Origin: Anaerolineales bacterium
GTDB taxonomy: Bacteria > Chloroflexota > Anaerolineae > Anaerolineales > E44-bin32
NCBI GenBank assembly: GCA_004376895.1
Contig: SOIH01000164.1
Coordinates: forward strand, 817-64,816
Reading direction: 5' to 3'
DNA: 64,000 bases
The position numbers and the translations under genes are program-made. A model generated the notes under the pieces. The model was not told where the DNA came from and made no database searches. It was given only the letters and a program-made list of their open reading frames with translations. Below, one piece after another: positions 46,871-55,784 of the stretch; position 1 is the stretch's first letter; each line of letters starts with the position of its first letter.

Positions 46871-47557
46871 TCAATCAATAAAGCGGTATTTGATTAAAGC
46901 CCAGACGGCCTCGAACGCATCTCCTAAACCGATTTTCTTTCCCTCTTCATACTCACGAGGGTTGAAGGTTATCGGAACTTCGAAAATGCGTACCCTCCGC
47001 TTGAGCAATTTCGCAGTTATTTCAGGCTCAATATTAAAGCGCTTCGAGCGGAGCGGAAGGTCTTTGATTATTTCACTCTTGAAGAGTTTATAGCCTGTCT
47101 CCATATCAGTAAGGATGCTGTTAAAGAGAAGATTAGTCATGAGAGTAAGCATTTTATTTGCCACCATGTGCCAGAACATCGTCACACGGCGAGGTGCACC
47201 GAGAAATCTAGACCCATAGACGACATCTGCGACACCTTCTCGAATGGGCCGCAGCAGCGTGATGTAGTCTCTAGGATCATATTCCAAATCAGCATCTTGA
47301 ATAAGAATAAGGTCGCCAGCAGCTGCTTGGAACCCCGTTTGAACTGCAGCTCCCTTGCCCTGATTCTTTTCATGAAGAATGAGTCGAACAGGTTCATGGA
47401 CGGGGGCTAGCTCCTGCAAGAGCTTACGCGTTCCATCTGTAGATCCATCATCGACAACAATAATTTCGTCTGCAAGTCCGACAGACATCACTCTATCGAG
47501 GAGCGTCTCGATGGTATCGATTTCATTAAATACGGGAATCACAACACTAAGTTTCAT
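46871..47557 (-). CDS. GT2-family glycosyltransferase (polyprenol-phosphate sugar transferase-like)
   Basis: KLSVVIPVFNE...VVDDGSTDGT...IQDADLEYDP. ATG at 47557. Confidence 0.85.
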   Translation of the reverse strand: MKLSVVIPVFNEIDTIETLLDRVMSVGLADEIIVVDDGSTDGTRKLLQELAPVHEPVRLILHEKNQGKGAAVQTGFQAAAGDLILIQDADLEYDPRDYITLLRPIREGVADVVYGSRFLGAPRRVTMFWHMVANKMLTLMTNLLFNSILTDMETGYKLFKSEIIKDLPLRSKRFNIEPEITAKLLKRRVRIFEVPITFNPREYEEGKKIGLGDAFEAVWALIKYRFID

Positions 47558-47691
47558 GTGTAGAATTTTACCTCCTACTCTATGTGGGCACAACTTACTA
47601 TTTGCTCATGACGGTATGGGTATATATAATCGGGTTACTCTTATTGAAACTTAGATTATAAGCATTTTTCCTTAGCGTATGGAGATATGTC

Positions 47692-49041
47692 ATGTCTTTA
47701 CCAAGAAGTCCTGTTAGAACTGCGTCAGTAGATGATCGACCGACAACTTCGAATCTTCGTTTTGTCCCTCCGCCGGTGAGCCGCGTATCCGACACCGGGC
47801 TTTCTCAGCTATGGCTTCAGGATTTGGCGTTGAAGATTCTGTACTTCAGGGGATATATGACCGGTTTCAAAGTAAGCGAAGCGATGTCACTCCCGTTTGC
47901 TGGGTTGACGGATCAGATTCTTGAAGTACTTAAGCGCGAGAAGTTCGTAGAAGTTAAAACTCAAGTGGGCTTTGGCGAGGGATCCTATCAATATGCTATT
48001 ACAGGAGCTGGGATTGCACGCGCGAGGGAAGCGCTGGAACGCAGCCAATATGCTGGTCCTGCACCTGTGCCGCTCGCGGTTTATAACGATTCTATTCTAA
48101 AACAGAGCAGGGGCAGGCCCACAGTTGACGAGCACTCTATGCGATCTGCCCTTTCAGATCTCATACTCTCGGATAAAACGTTCAATCAGATCGGACCGGC
48201 AGTTAACTCGGGCACCTCGATCTTCTTATATGGACCTCCAGGGAACGGCAAGACATCGATTGCGAAAGCAATCGGAAGCATCCTTCTCGAAGAAGATATG
48301 TATATTCCATACGCTATCGATATCGACGGCCAGGTTGTGAAACTCTACGATTCGGTAAACCATATACTTTCTCCAGATGAGGAACACTCATCTGAAGGAA
48401 CCGGATCATTGAAAACTTCATCAAAGAGAGATCCGCGGTGGGTACGAATCCGCCGCCCCTTTATTGTCACTGGTGGCGAATTGACGATGGAGGGATTAGA
48501 CCTTGTTTTCGACGACGTTAATAAATTCTACGAAGGACCGTTCCAAGTAAAAGCAAACGGCGGCGTTTTCTTGATCGACGATTTCGGGCGGCAGCAAGTT
48601 CGTCCGCGAGACTTACTTAATCGGTGGATTGTGCCGCTAGAAAACAGAATTGACTACCTCACGCTTCACACAGGAAGAAAAGTAGAAATTCCTTTCGACG
48701 TACTGGTCGTATTTTCAACGAACCTTCCACCAAAAGACCTGGTCGATGAAGCCTTTTTGCGGCGTTTGCGGCATAAGATCGAAGTTGGAGACCCATCCTA
48801 TGAAGCATACAGAGGCATCTTTAAAATTGTTGCCGAAGCTAAGGGGGTTGAATATTCTGAAAGCGGCCTCGCATATCTTTTGCAGGAGTGGTATATAAAA
48901 CGGAACCGAAAAATGCGAGCATCCCACCCACGGGATATCTGCGATCAAATCCTTGATATTTCTCGCTACCTCAGTGTCGATCCAAAGATGACAAAAGATC
49001 TACTCAATCGCTCGGCAGAAGCATATTTCGTAGAGTTGTAA
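47692..49041 (+). CDS. AAA+ ATPase with N-terminal winged-helix-like domain
   Basis: Walker A GPPGNGKTS, Walker B VFLIDDFGRQ, STNLPPKDLVDEAFLRRLRHKI (sensor/Arg region). The N-terminal 130 aa or so look wHTH-like. Confidence 0.7.
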   Translation: MSLPRSPVRTASVDDRPTTSNLRFVPPPVSRVSDTGLSQLWLQDLALKILYFRGYMTGFKVSEAMSLPFAGLTDQILEVLKREKFVEVKTQVGFGEGSYQYAITGAGIARAREALERSQYAGPAPVPLAVYNDSILKQSRGRPTVDEHSMRSALSDLILSDKTFNQIGPAVNSGTSIFLYGPPGNGKTSIAKAIGSILLEEDMYIPYAIDIDGQVVKLYDSVNHILSPDEEHSSEGTGSLKTSSKRDPRWVRIRRPFIVTGGELTMEGLDLVFDDVNKFYEGPFQVKANGGVFLIDDFGRQQVRPRDLLNRWIVPLENRIDYLTLHTGRKVEIPFDVLVVFSTNLPPKDLVDEAFLRRLRHKIEVGDPSYEAYRGIFKIVAEAKGVEYSESGLAYLLQEWYIKRNRKMRASHPRDICDQILDISRYLSVDPKMTKDLLNRSAEAYFVEL

Positions 49042-49042
49042 T

Positions 49043-49825
49043 ATGCCGGATAAACGCAATTGGGATTCCTCAGCCCCGCTGGTGATTGCTCATCGCGGGG
49101 CATCTATGTATGCACCCGAAAATACGATCGCTGCCTTCGACCTTGCTGTAGAGATGGGAGCGGACGCAATTGAATTGGACGCGATGTTGACCGAGGACGG
49201 CACACCCATCGTCATTCATGACCATTCTCTTGGGCGAACAACAGATTCAAGCGGGAGTGTTTCCTCAAAGATCGTCTCGGAAATTAAACTACTTGATGCG
49301 GGGTCTATATTTGACGCTAGATTTGCTGGAGAGATGATTCCGACATTAGAAGAAGTATTTTCTGCTGTTGGTGATAAGATCATGATCAATGTCGAGTTGA
49401 AAAATTACGCGTCGCCGTTCGATAGCCTGCCAGAAACCGTAGGTGATTTAGTGAGGGAGAAGGGTCTATCGGACCGAGTTCTTTTATCGTCATTCAACCC
49501 CATGGCTTTGATAAAAGCTAAGAGAGCTTGCCCAGAGATCCGCCGTGCAGCTTTAATTGGCGGCGGGCCTAAAGTCGTAAGCGGCTTCATCAAGACTTTT
49601 ACGAACTATTCTGCATTGCACCCAGAGGTATCATTAGTTAACAGGGGGATGGTAATTAAGAATCACGCTGCTGGACACAAAGTGAACGTTTGGAACGTTA
49701 ACGAAGAATCTGAGATGATTAAATTACTCTCTATGGGGGTTGATGGATTGATTACAGATGCGCCGGACATTGCGAAGAAGGTTATTGGGGCTAGAGCAAG
49801 AGAGACAACAATAGATGGCAAGTGA
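49043..49825 (+). CDS. glycerophosphodiester phosphodiesterase
   Basis: VIAHRGASMYAPENTIAAF...ELD...HD GDPD motifs. Starts 1 nt after the upstream stop. Confidence 0.9.
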   Translation: MPDKRNWDSSAPLVIAHRGASMYAPENTIAAFDLAVEMGADAIELDAMLTEDGTPIVIHDHSLGRTTDSSGSVSSKIVSEIKLLDAGSIFDARFAGEMIPTLEEVFSAVGDKIMINVELKNYASPFDSLPETVGDLVREKGLSDRVLLSSFNPMALIKAKRACPEIRRAALIGGGPKVVSGFIKTFTNYSALHPEVSLVNRGMVIKNHAAGHKVNVWNVNEESEMIKLLSMGVDGLITDAPDIAKKVIGARARETTIDGK

Positions 49826-50636
49826 GCAGTGGTCAATTGATGAACTGATATGCACATGTATTGCGCGGCAGGTCGAAGACGGTGATGTTCTTGCGCAAGG
49901 GATTGCCACACCACTTGTAGCTGCCGGATACATGCTCGCATGGCATGCATATGCGTCGGAGATATATTTTGCATCAGCTATCGGGCAGACGATATGCCGA
50001 ACGGCCGCGCCGCTTGGGCTGGCGCATGTAGAAGCGCTGTGGCTTGGTCAGGCAATGGTGTCAGTCGGTTTCGTTCAGGCAGCGGCAGATCTTCTGCCGC
50101 GTATTAAACCGAAAGAATTTTTCCGACCGGGCCAGGTCGATCAAGCTGGCAATTTCAATAACATTGCCTTTGGAAAGGATTTTGCGCATCCGCGCATGAG
50201 GATGCCCGGAACGGGGGGAATACCCGACGTGACAGTGTTTATGGATGATATTTACTTATATGTACCACGACACTCACGAGTGACCTTTGTCGGCGAGCTA
50301 GATTTTCTTTCCGGCCTCGGTCATCAATCCAATCGACGGCGTGGGGCTGGCCCGAAGTATTTAATAACGGATTTAGGCGCATTTGACTTTAAGAACGGAA
50401 AGATGCGATTGATTTCGGTTCACCCGGGAATTACTGTTGAGAGAGTGAAAGCGAAAACAGGATTTGAAATTGAACTTGATGAGCCAGTAAATACCACCGA
50501 TCCTCCAACCAATGATGATCTAAGGTTGCTCCGGGAGAAAATTGACCCATTAGGCATCCGCAAGCTTGAGTTCATGTCAGGTCATAACCGCAGGGAAGCA
50601 TTGCGTAACATTCTGCAGGCCGAGGACACCCAATAA
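49815..50636 (+). CDS. CoA-transferase beta-subunit-like protein (no alpha subunit adjacent)
   Basis: 273 aa. ICTCIARQVEDGDVLAQGIATPL...MRMPGTGGIPD resembles glutaconate/3-oxoacid CoA-transferase subunit B. Confidence 0.6.
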   Translation: MASEQWSIDELICTCIARQVEDGDVLAQGIATPLVAAGYMLAWHAYASEIYFASAIGQTICRTAAPLGLAHVEALWLGQAMVSVGFVQAAADLLPRIKPKEFFRPGQVDQAGNFNNIAFGKDFAHPRMRMPGTGGIPDVTVFMDDIYLYVPRHSRVTFVGELDFLSGLGHQSNRRRGAGPKYLITDLGAFDFKNGKMRLISVHPGITVERVKAKTGFEIELDEPVNTTDPPTNDDLRLLREKIDPLGIRKLEFMSGHNRREALRNILQAEDTQ

Positions 50637-50680
50637 AAACACAGCGTTACTAGCGTATTCATAAAAGGTATACTGGTTTT

Positions 50681-53461
50681 ATGAGTAAATTTCGATGGGC
50701 ACTAATAATTATTCTCTTGGTTGTGCCCTTTAATCTGGGGATTTCTAAATTTACCTCACCTGAAATGGACATTGCAAGCGAGCTGCTTGCATCTATGACC
50801 TCAAGAGAACGCGTGGGGCAGCTTTTTATCGTCACCTTAAATGGATCAGTGATTTCGCTAGAAGACCAGATCATCGATCTGATTAATAACTATTACGTCT
50901 CCGGAGTTCTCTTAAAACGAGGAAACGATAATTTTGCCGATCAACCGGAGACACTAAATTCGCTGCAAACGCTAATCGAAACACTTCAACAGAGTCGCTA
51001 TGAGTCGGCGTTATCTACCGAAATTGAGGTAAACGACGATACTCCAGTTTACGTTCCCCTTTTCATCGCGAGCGAAGAGCCAGGAAGCGATGATGGATTC
51101 CCTGAAATACTCGAGGGAATTACAAAAATTCCATCTCAGATGTCCATTGGAGCGACTTGGGATCCAACATTGGCGTTGGAAGCAGGTGAGATTCTTGGAA
51201 GAGGGTTTGAGTCTCTGGGGATCAATATGGTCATTGGACCTTCATTGGATGTACTTGAACAGCCACAAATTACCAGCGGTGATATCGGTGTTCAATCGTT
51301 CGGGGGTGATCCATATTGGGTAGGGCTCATGGGTGAGGAATTTATTCGGGGACTTCACATCGGATCACAAGGAGGGTTGGCTGTAATCGCGAAGCACTTC
51401 CCTGGCCTAGGGAGCAGCGATCGTCCAATCGACGAGGAAGTCGCTACGGTCCGCAAATCAATTGATCAGATTACGCAAACTGATCTAGCCCCATTCCTTG
51501 CAGTCACAAGCACACAACCCGGGGAAAACCACGCGACCGCCGACGGTCTTTTAGTAGGGCATATCCGCTACCAGGGCTTTCACGGGAATATTCGCGCCAC
51601 AACAAGACCGATTAGCCTTGATCCACAAGCTTTCTCCGCATTGATGGAACTTACACCACTAAGTGACTGGCGGGAAGGGGGCGGCGTGACCGTGAGTGAT
51701 TCGCTCGGATCAGACGCAATCCGCCGTTTTAAAGATCCGTCGGAGCAGATATTCAAAGCGCACCTTGTCGCCAGGGATGCCTTTCTCGCCGGAAACGACC
51801 TGTTGATACTTTCCGATTTTCGCGACAATAGCGATCCTGACGAGTACACAACAATAATAAATACGCTTGAATTTTTTGCGAATAAGTATGATGAAGACGA
51901 ATTATTTTCCAAACTTGTAGATGACGCAATCCTGAAAATATTGCGCCTCAAGCTGAGGCTTTATGGGGGATCTTTCTTTTACCCAAGTATCGTGAATCAC
52001 GCGAATAATCTTGATGAGATAAACCAGGATATGAGCCTGGCGAATAAAGTGGCGCAGTCTGCTGCAACACTCTTAAGTCCCGCATTAGATGAAATTGAAG
52101 ATCGTGTTGGAGGGGCTCCGAGGATAGGCGAAAGGATTGTATTTTTCAGCGACGTGCGTCATGCTAGGCAATGCTCAACATGTGATGACATTACGATCAT
52201 TCCTGTAAACGCATTAGAGGACGCAGTTATCCGTTTATTCGGACAAAGCGCAGCTGGTCAGGTAGGGAGCTGGAATCTACGATCCTATAGTATGGCGGAT
52301 CTATCATATTTCCTCGGCGAACTACCGGAGGAAATCCCCACCGTTCCTCTAATATCCAATGACGAAATCGACGAAGCTGTACGCTTAAGCGATTGGTTGA
52401 TTTTTAGCGTATTAGATAGTAGATCCACTGAGTATGGTGTAAATGCGCTAAAGCTTTTATTAGATTTGCGACCGGATCTAGCCAGATCGAAGAAGCTTGT
52501 TGTCTTCGCTCACGATACTCCGAATATCCTTGATGCAACCGATATAAGTAAAGTTGATGTTTACCACGCGCTCTACGATGGTAGTTCTCCTTTTATTGAC
52601 GTGGCAGCAAAGCTGCTCTTTCAGGAATTGAGCGCGCTAGGGGCTTCTCCGGTGAACGTAGCTGGCATTGGGTATGACCTAATTGAGGTTACATCACCCA
52701 ATACCGATCAAATTATTCAACTTATTATCGATACCGGTAGCGAAGTAGGAACCGAAGAACCATCAACTGGATACAGCGTAGGGGATATCCTTTCCATCGC
52801 GACAGGTGTTATTGTTGACAATAACGGCAATCATGTTCCAGATAATACCCCCGTAGATTTTATTATTACGCAGCAAGGCGAGGGAGTTTTGGCGTTTACT
52901 ATAAACGCTTTTTCCAAGGATGGAATCGCACGAGCTGATATTGCTCTTGAACGTACTGGGTTGTTATCCATTACTGCACAGAGCGGAAAAGCTCAAGTGT
53001 CTGAGATCTTGAAGTTCAATGTGGAGGTAGGTGTACCTGCACAGGCGACATTGATTTCGCCAACTATTTCTCCGACTTTGACAGTTGAGCCGTCACCGGA
53101 TTCGCAAAACCCAACCCCGACATCAGAAGCGCCAAATGGCCAGGATTCAGGAGAAGCAACGAGCAAGGATCAACTAGGGTTCATTGGGCTAATATTCGGG
53201 GCATTGGGTTTGGCAGTGGTAGCGGGTGCAGGATATGCAAGCGTAAACCGTCAGGAAATACCTGATGAAATGCGTATTAGATGCATCTTAATGCCGATAA
53301 TCGGCGGCTTATTAGGTTATAACTATTTAGCGTTAGATCTTCCGGGCACCACAAGTTTATTTGGAGTGATAGGACCCTTCTCGGGTTTCCTCATCGTGAT
53401 TATTACCGGGGCATCCGCATTTGTTTTTACACAAATATGGTGCCAGAAACGCATTAAGTAA
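50681..53461 (+). CDS. GH3-family glycoside hydrolase (NagZ-like N-terminal domain) with long extension and C-terminal TM anchors
   Basis: Signal-anchor N-terminus, KHFPGLGSSDRPIDEEVATV and RERVGQLF GH3 motifs, a PT-rich linker, then three TM helices. Confidence 0.8.
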   Translation: MSKFRWALIIILLVVPFNLGISKFTSPEMDIASELLASMTSRERVGQLFIVTLNGSVISLEDQIIDLINNYYVSGVLLKRGNDNFADQPETLNSLQTLIETLQQSRYESALSTEIEVNDDTPVYVPLFIASEEPGSDDGFPEILEGITKIPSQMSIGATWDPTLALEAGEILGRGFESLGINMVIGPSLDVLEQPQITSGDIGVQSFGGDPYWVGLMGEEFIRGLHIGSQGGLAVIAKHFPGLGSSDRPIDEEVATVRKSIDQITQTDLAPFLAVTSTQPGENHATADGLLVGHIRYQGFHGNIRATTRPISLDPQAFSALMELTPLSDWREGGGVTVSDSLGSDAIRRFKDPSEQIFKAHLVARDAFLAGNDLLILSDFRDNSDPDEYTTIINTLEFFANKYDEDELFSKLVDDAILKILRLKLRLYGGSFFYPSIVNHANNLDEINQDMSLANKVAQSAATLLSPALDEIEDRVGGAPRIGERIVFFSDVRHARQCSTCDDITIIPVNALEDAVIRLFGQSAAGQVGSWNLRSYSMADLSYFLGELPEEIPTVPLISNDEIDEAVRLSDWLIFSVLDSRSTEYGVNALKLLLDLRPDLARSKKLVVFAHDTPNILDATDISKVDVYHALYDGSSPFIDVAAKLLFQELSALGASPVNVAGIGYDLIEVTSPNTDQIIQLIIDTGSEVGTEEPSTGYSVGDILSIATGVIVDNNGNHVPDNTPVDFIITQQGEGVLAFTINAFSKDGIARADIALERTGLLSITAQSGKAQVSEILKFNVEVGVPAQATLISPTISPTLTVEPSPDSQNPTPTSEAPNGQDSGEATSKDQLGFIGLIFGALGLAVVAGAGYASVNRQEIPDEMRIRCILMPIIGGLLGYNYLALDLPGTTSLFGVIGPFSGFLIVIITGASAFVFTQIWCQKRIK

Positions 53462-54437
53462 AAGAAGTGACGATTGCGATCAACGCAAGCGCCATTACAA
53501 CGCCCAGAAAAATCCTATCAATTGGAGACCGGAACAAATCCTTTGCTTGGAGGAATCGATCTTCGTTAATAGGATGGTCAACATGGCGCTCTCGAAGATG
53601 TATATCCTGCAAGGAAAGCATATCTTCTGGTCTTCCGTCCGGATGAAGGGCCATAGCACTCAGGATTATCTTCTCGAGGCCACGGGGAATAGAGGGGTTA
53701 ATCTCTCTTGGAGGAAGGAGTGATTCGGGCATGAGGAACCGCTCCTTCGCTTCAGCAGGGGGTGTGTTCGTCATCAGGTGGTAGAAAGTTGCACCAAAGG
53801 CATAGATATCGCTCCTTTTGTCTGTATGACCGGTGTCACCGCCGTATTGCTCTAATGGGGTGTATAAAGCAGTACCCCGACCCTGAATAACCGTGATCGT
53901 TAATTCATCCGGGACCAATTGTTTTACCAGACCAAAATCAACGAGCTTGATCAACCCTTGCGGGTTGAGCTTTAGATTGCTGGGTTTAATATCTCGATGG
54001 ATAACTGGTGGATCTTGGTTATGAAGGTAGACAAGCGCGCCCGCGAGCTGTTTGGCCCAAGAAAGAACGTCAGCTATTTGTAAGAATTCACCTTTTCTGC
54101 GTGCTTGATCCATAAGTGTCTTTAGATCATCCCCTGGAACGTAATCCATCACTAAATAATCACGCCCCCCTTCGGAGAAATAATCCGAGACCTTCGGTAG
54201 GGTGGGGTGATCGAGTTGGGCGAGGACCGATGCTTCCCGATAGAATTGCGCGCGAGCTTGCTCTAAGATATCGGATGAGAGGTCTGGATCTTGCTGAACT
54301 TCCTTGATTGCGCAATTGCGCCCTTCAAGACGATTATCGTCTGCAAGGTATAACGAACCCATGCCACCTCGACCGATGGGCTTTTTGATGACGTAACGGT
54401 CTTTTAGGACATGGCCTGACTTAAGTGGTTCGCGCAA
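53454..54437 (-). CDS. Hanks-type serine/threonine protein kinase with C-terminal TM anchor
   Basis: IGRGGMGSLYLA (G-loop), AIKEV, HRDIKPSNL, DFG, TPLEQ. TTG start. The 3' end overlaps the GH3 gene by 8 nt. Confidence 0.9.
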   Translation of the reverse strand: MREPLKSGHVLKDRYVIKKPIGRGGMGSLYLADDNRLEGRNCAIKEVQQDPDLSSDILEQARAQFYREASVLAQLDHPTLPKVSDYFSEGGRDYLVMDYVPGDDLKTLMDQARRKGEFLQIADVLSWAKQLAGALVYLHNQDPPVIHRDIKPSNLKLNPQGLIKLVDFGLVKQLVPDELTITVIQGRGTALYTPLEQYGGDTGHTDKRSDIYAFGATFYHLMTNTPPAEAKERFLMPESLLPPREINPSIPRGLEKIILSAMALHPDGRPEDMLSLQDIHLRERHVDHPINEDRFLQAKDLFRSPIDRIFLGVVMALALIAIVTSFT

Positions 54438-54576
54438 TCTAACCTCGGGAACGTTTCCAGATATACTATGAAAATTGCTTGTCGAGCGGGATCGCCATGA
54501 GTATTCTATTTATGCATATAGAAAGCTATTGAATTATACTCTGGATAGAAGATACTAGACTTAGTGAAAAGGTATC

Positions 54577-55242
54577 ATGAAGGATCGTTCCGAAGAAGTC
54601 CCTTTCTTAATTGCGCCCGATGGCGAACTACGAGGTAAACGTTGGCCATTAGTTAATTCAACTTTTATTATTGGCAGAGGTCAGGACTGCAACCTCGTAT
54701 TATTGGATAGACAGGTATCGCGTCATCATGCTCGAATTCGCAGAACAGCTGAGGGATACTTCTTAGAGGACTTAGGCAGTAAAAATCATACACATTTGAA
54801 TGGGGAGAGCATTGAATCGGAAGTATTGCTCCAAGATGGAGATGAGATACAGGTAGCTCTTGCGATCAGACTCACTTTTATCGGTTCGGAAGCGACGCTC
54901 CCCCTTTCGGTAGACGAAGTTATTCGCTTTGGTATCGGGCGACTGCGAATGGAGGTTCAGGCTCATCGTGTCTGGGTAAACGAAAAAGAAGTAGACCCAC
55001 CTCTTTCTCCACCGCAATTTCGGCTTCTTGAATTACTTTATCGAAGTTCGGGCAAGATTGTAACTAGAGATGAGATTGCTTCGCATGTTTGGCCAGGAAC
55101 CGATGGAATAGGTGTATCCGATCAAGCGATTGATGCACTTATTCGGCGCTTGCGAGATCGTATCTTCGAGGTTGACCCTGAGTATAAGTACGTAATAACT
55201 GTACGGGGTCATGGTTTCCGTTTAGAAAATCCAATCCCATAA
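54577..55242 (+). CDS. FHA domain fused to OmpR/PhoB-type winged-helix DNA-binding domain
   Basis: FIIGRGQDCNLVLLDRQVSRHHARI...GSKNHTHLNG (FHA). LSPPQFRLLELLY...VTRDEIASHVW...IRRLRDRI...ITVRGHGFRL (Trans_reg_C). Confidence 0.85.
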   Translation: MKDRSEEVPFLIAPDGELRGKRWPLVNSTFIIGRGQDCNLVLLDRQVSRHHARIRRTAEGYFLEDLGSKNHTHLNGESIESEVLLQDGDEIQVALAIRLTFIGSEATLPLSVDEVIRFGIGRLRMEVQAHRVWVNEKEVDPPLSPPQFRLLELLYRSSGKIVTRDEIASHVWPGTDGIGVSDQAIDALIRRLRDRIFEVDPEYKYVITVRGHGFRLENPIP

Positions 55243-55244
55243 AG

Positions 55245-55266
55245 AAAAGCCCCATACGGGGCTTTT
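55245..55266. terminator. bidirectional intrinsic terminator (serves the FHA gene and ssrA)
   Basis: AAAA-GCCCC-atac-GGGGC-TTTT. Confidence 0.8.
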
Positions 55267-55268
55267 AG

Positions 55269-55662
55269 TGGAGATGGCGGGATTCGAACCCGCGTCCGAA
55301 GGATTCAGTCATCAGATATCTACAAGCATAGTCAATCATTGTTTTTGCTGAGTAGATGTCGATTGACAGGCATTCAACTCAACTATCCACTGCGAGCCGA
55401 AACCCGCTCTTGCAGAACTGTCGTGGATCCAATCCTGCCAGCCCCATCATTTTGATCGCCATTCCTCGCACTGATAGGGCGCAGCTTGAGGTGGCGAGCT
55501 CTCCTGGGAGAGCGCTGATCTACTTGTAAATCGCTTACGCGGCTACTGGTAGAGCAGCATAGTCAGTGCGATTGGCACTTGTATGTGCGCTGAGTTAACG
55601 AGTTCGGCGCCTCTCGGCTTGCAATCTGTGACGCTCCACCTCCGTCGATACCATTCATCCCC
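55269..55662 (-). ncRNA. ssrA: tmRNA (transfer-messenger RNA); tag ANRTDYAALPVAA; CCA not encoded
   Basis: 5' GGGGATGAATGGTATCGACGGA... and 3' ...GACGCGGGTTCGAATCCCGCCATCTCCA form the tRNA-like acceptor/T arm. Resume codon GCC at 55576-55574, in-frame TAA at 55537-55535. Confidence 0.9.
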
Positions 55663-55670
55663 TTATCCAA

Positions 55671-55679
55671 AGTATATCA
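55671..55679 (-). promoter_or_regulatory. candidate extended -10 element (TGATATACT) for ssrA
   Basis: The hexamer TATACT ends 8 nt upstream of the tmRNA 5' G. Preceded by TGn. AT-rich upstream region with no good -35. Confidence 0.4.
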
Positions 55680-55784
55680 TAATGAGATTTTGTATTTTAA
55701 TACAATGCGCATAGCCATATGACTTTGTCAAAATAATATTTTTTTCAATTCATAAATATACAAAAGGCTATGCGCAATATTATA

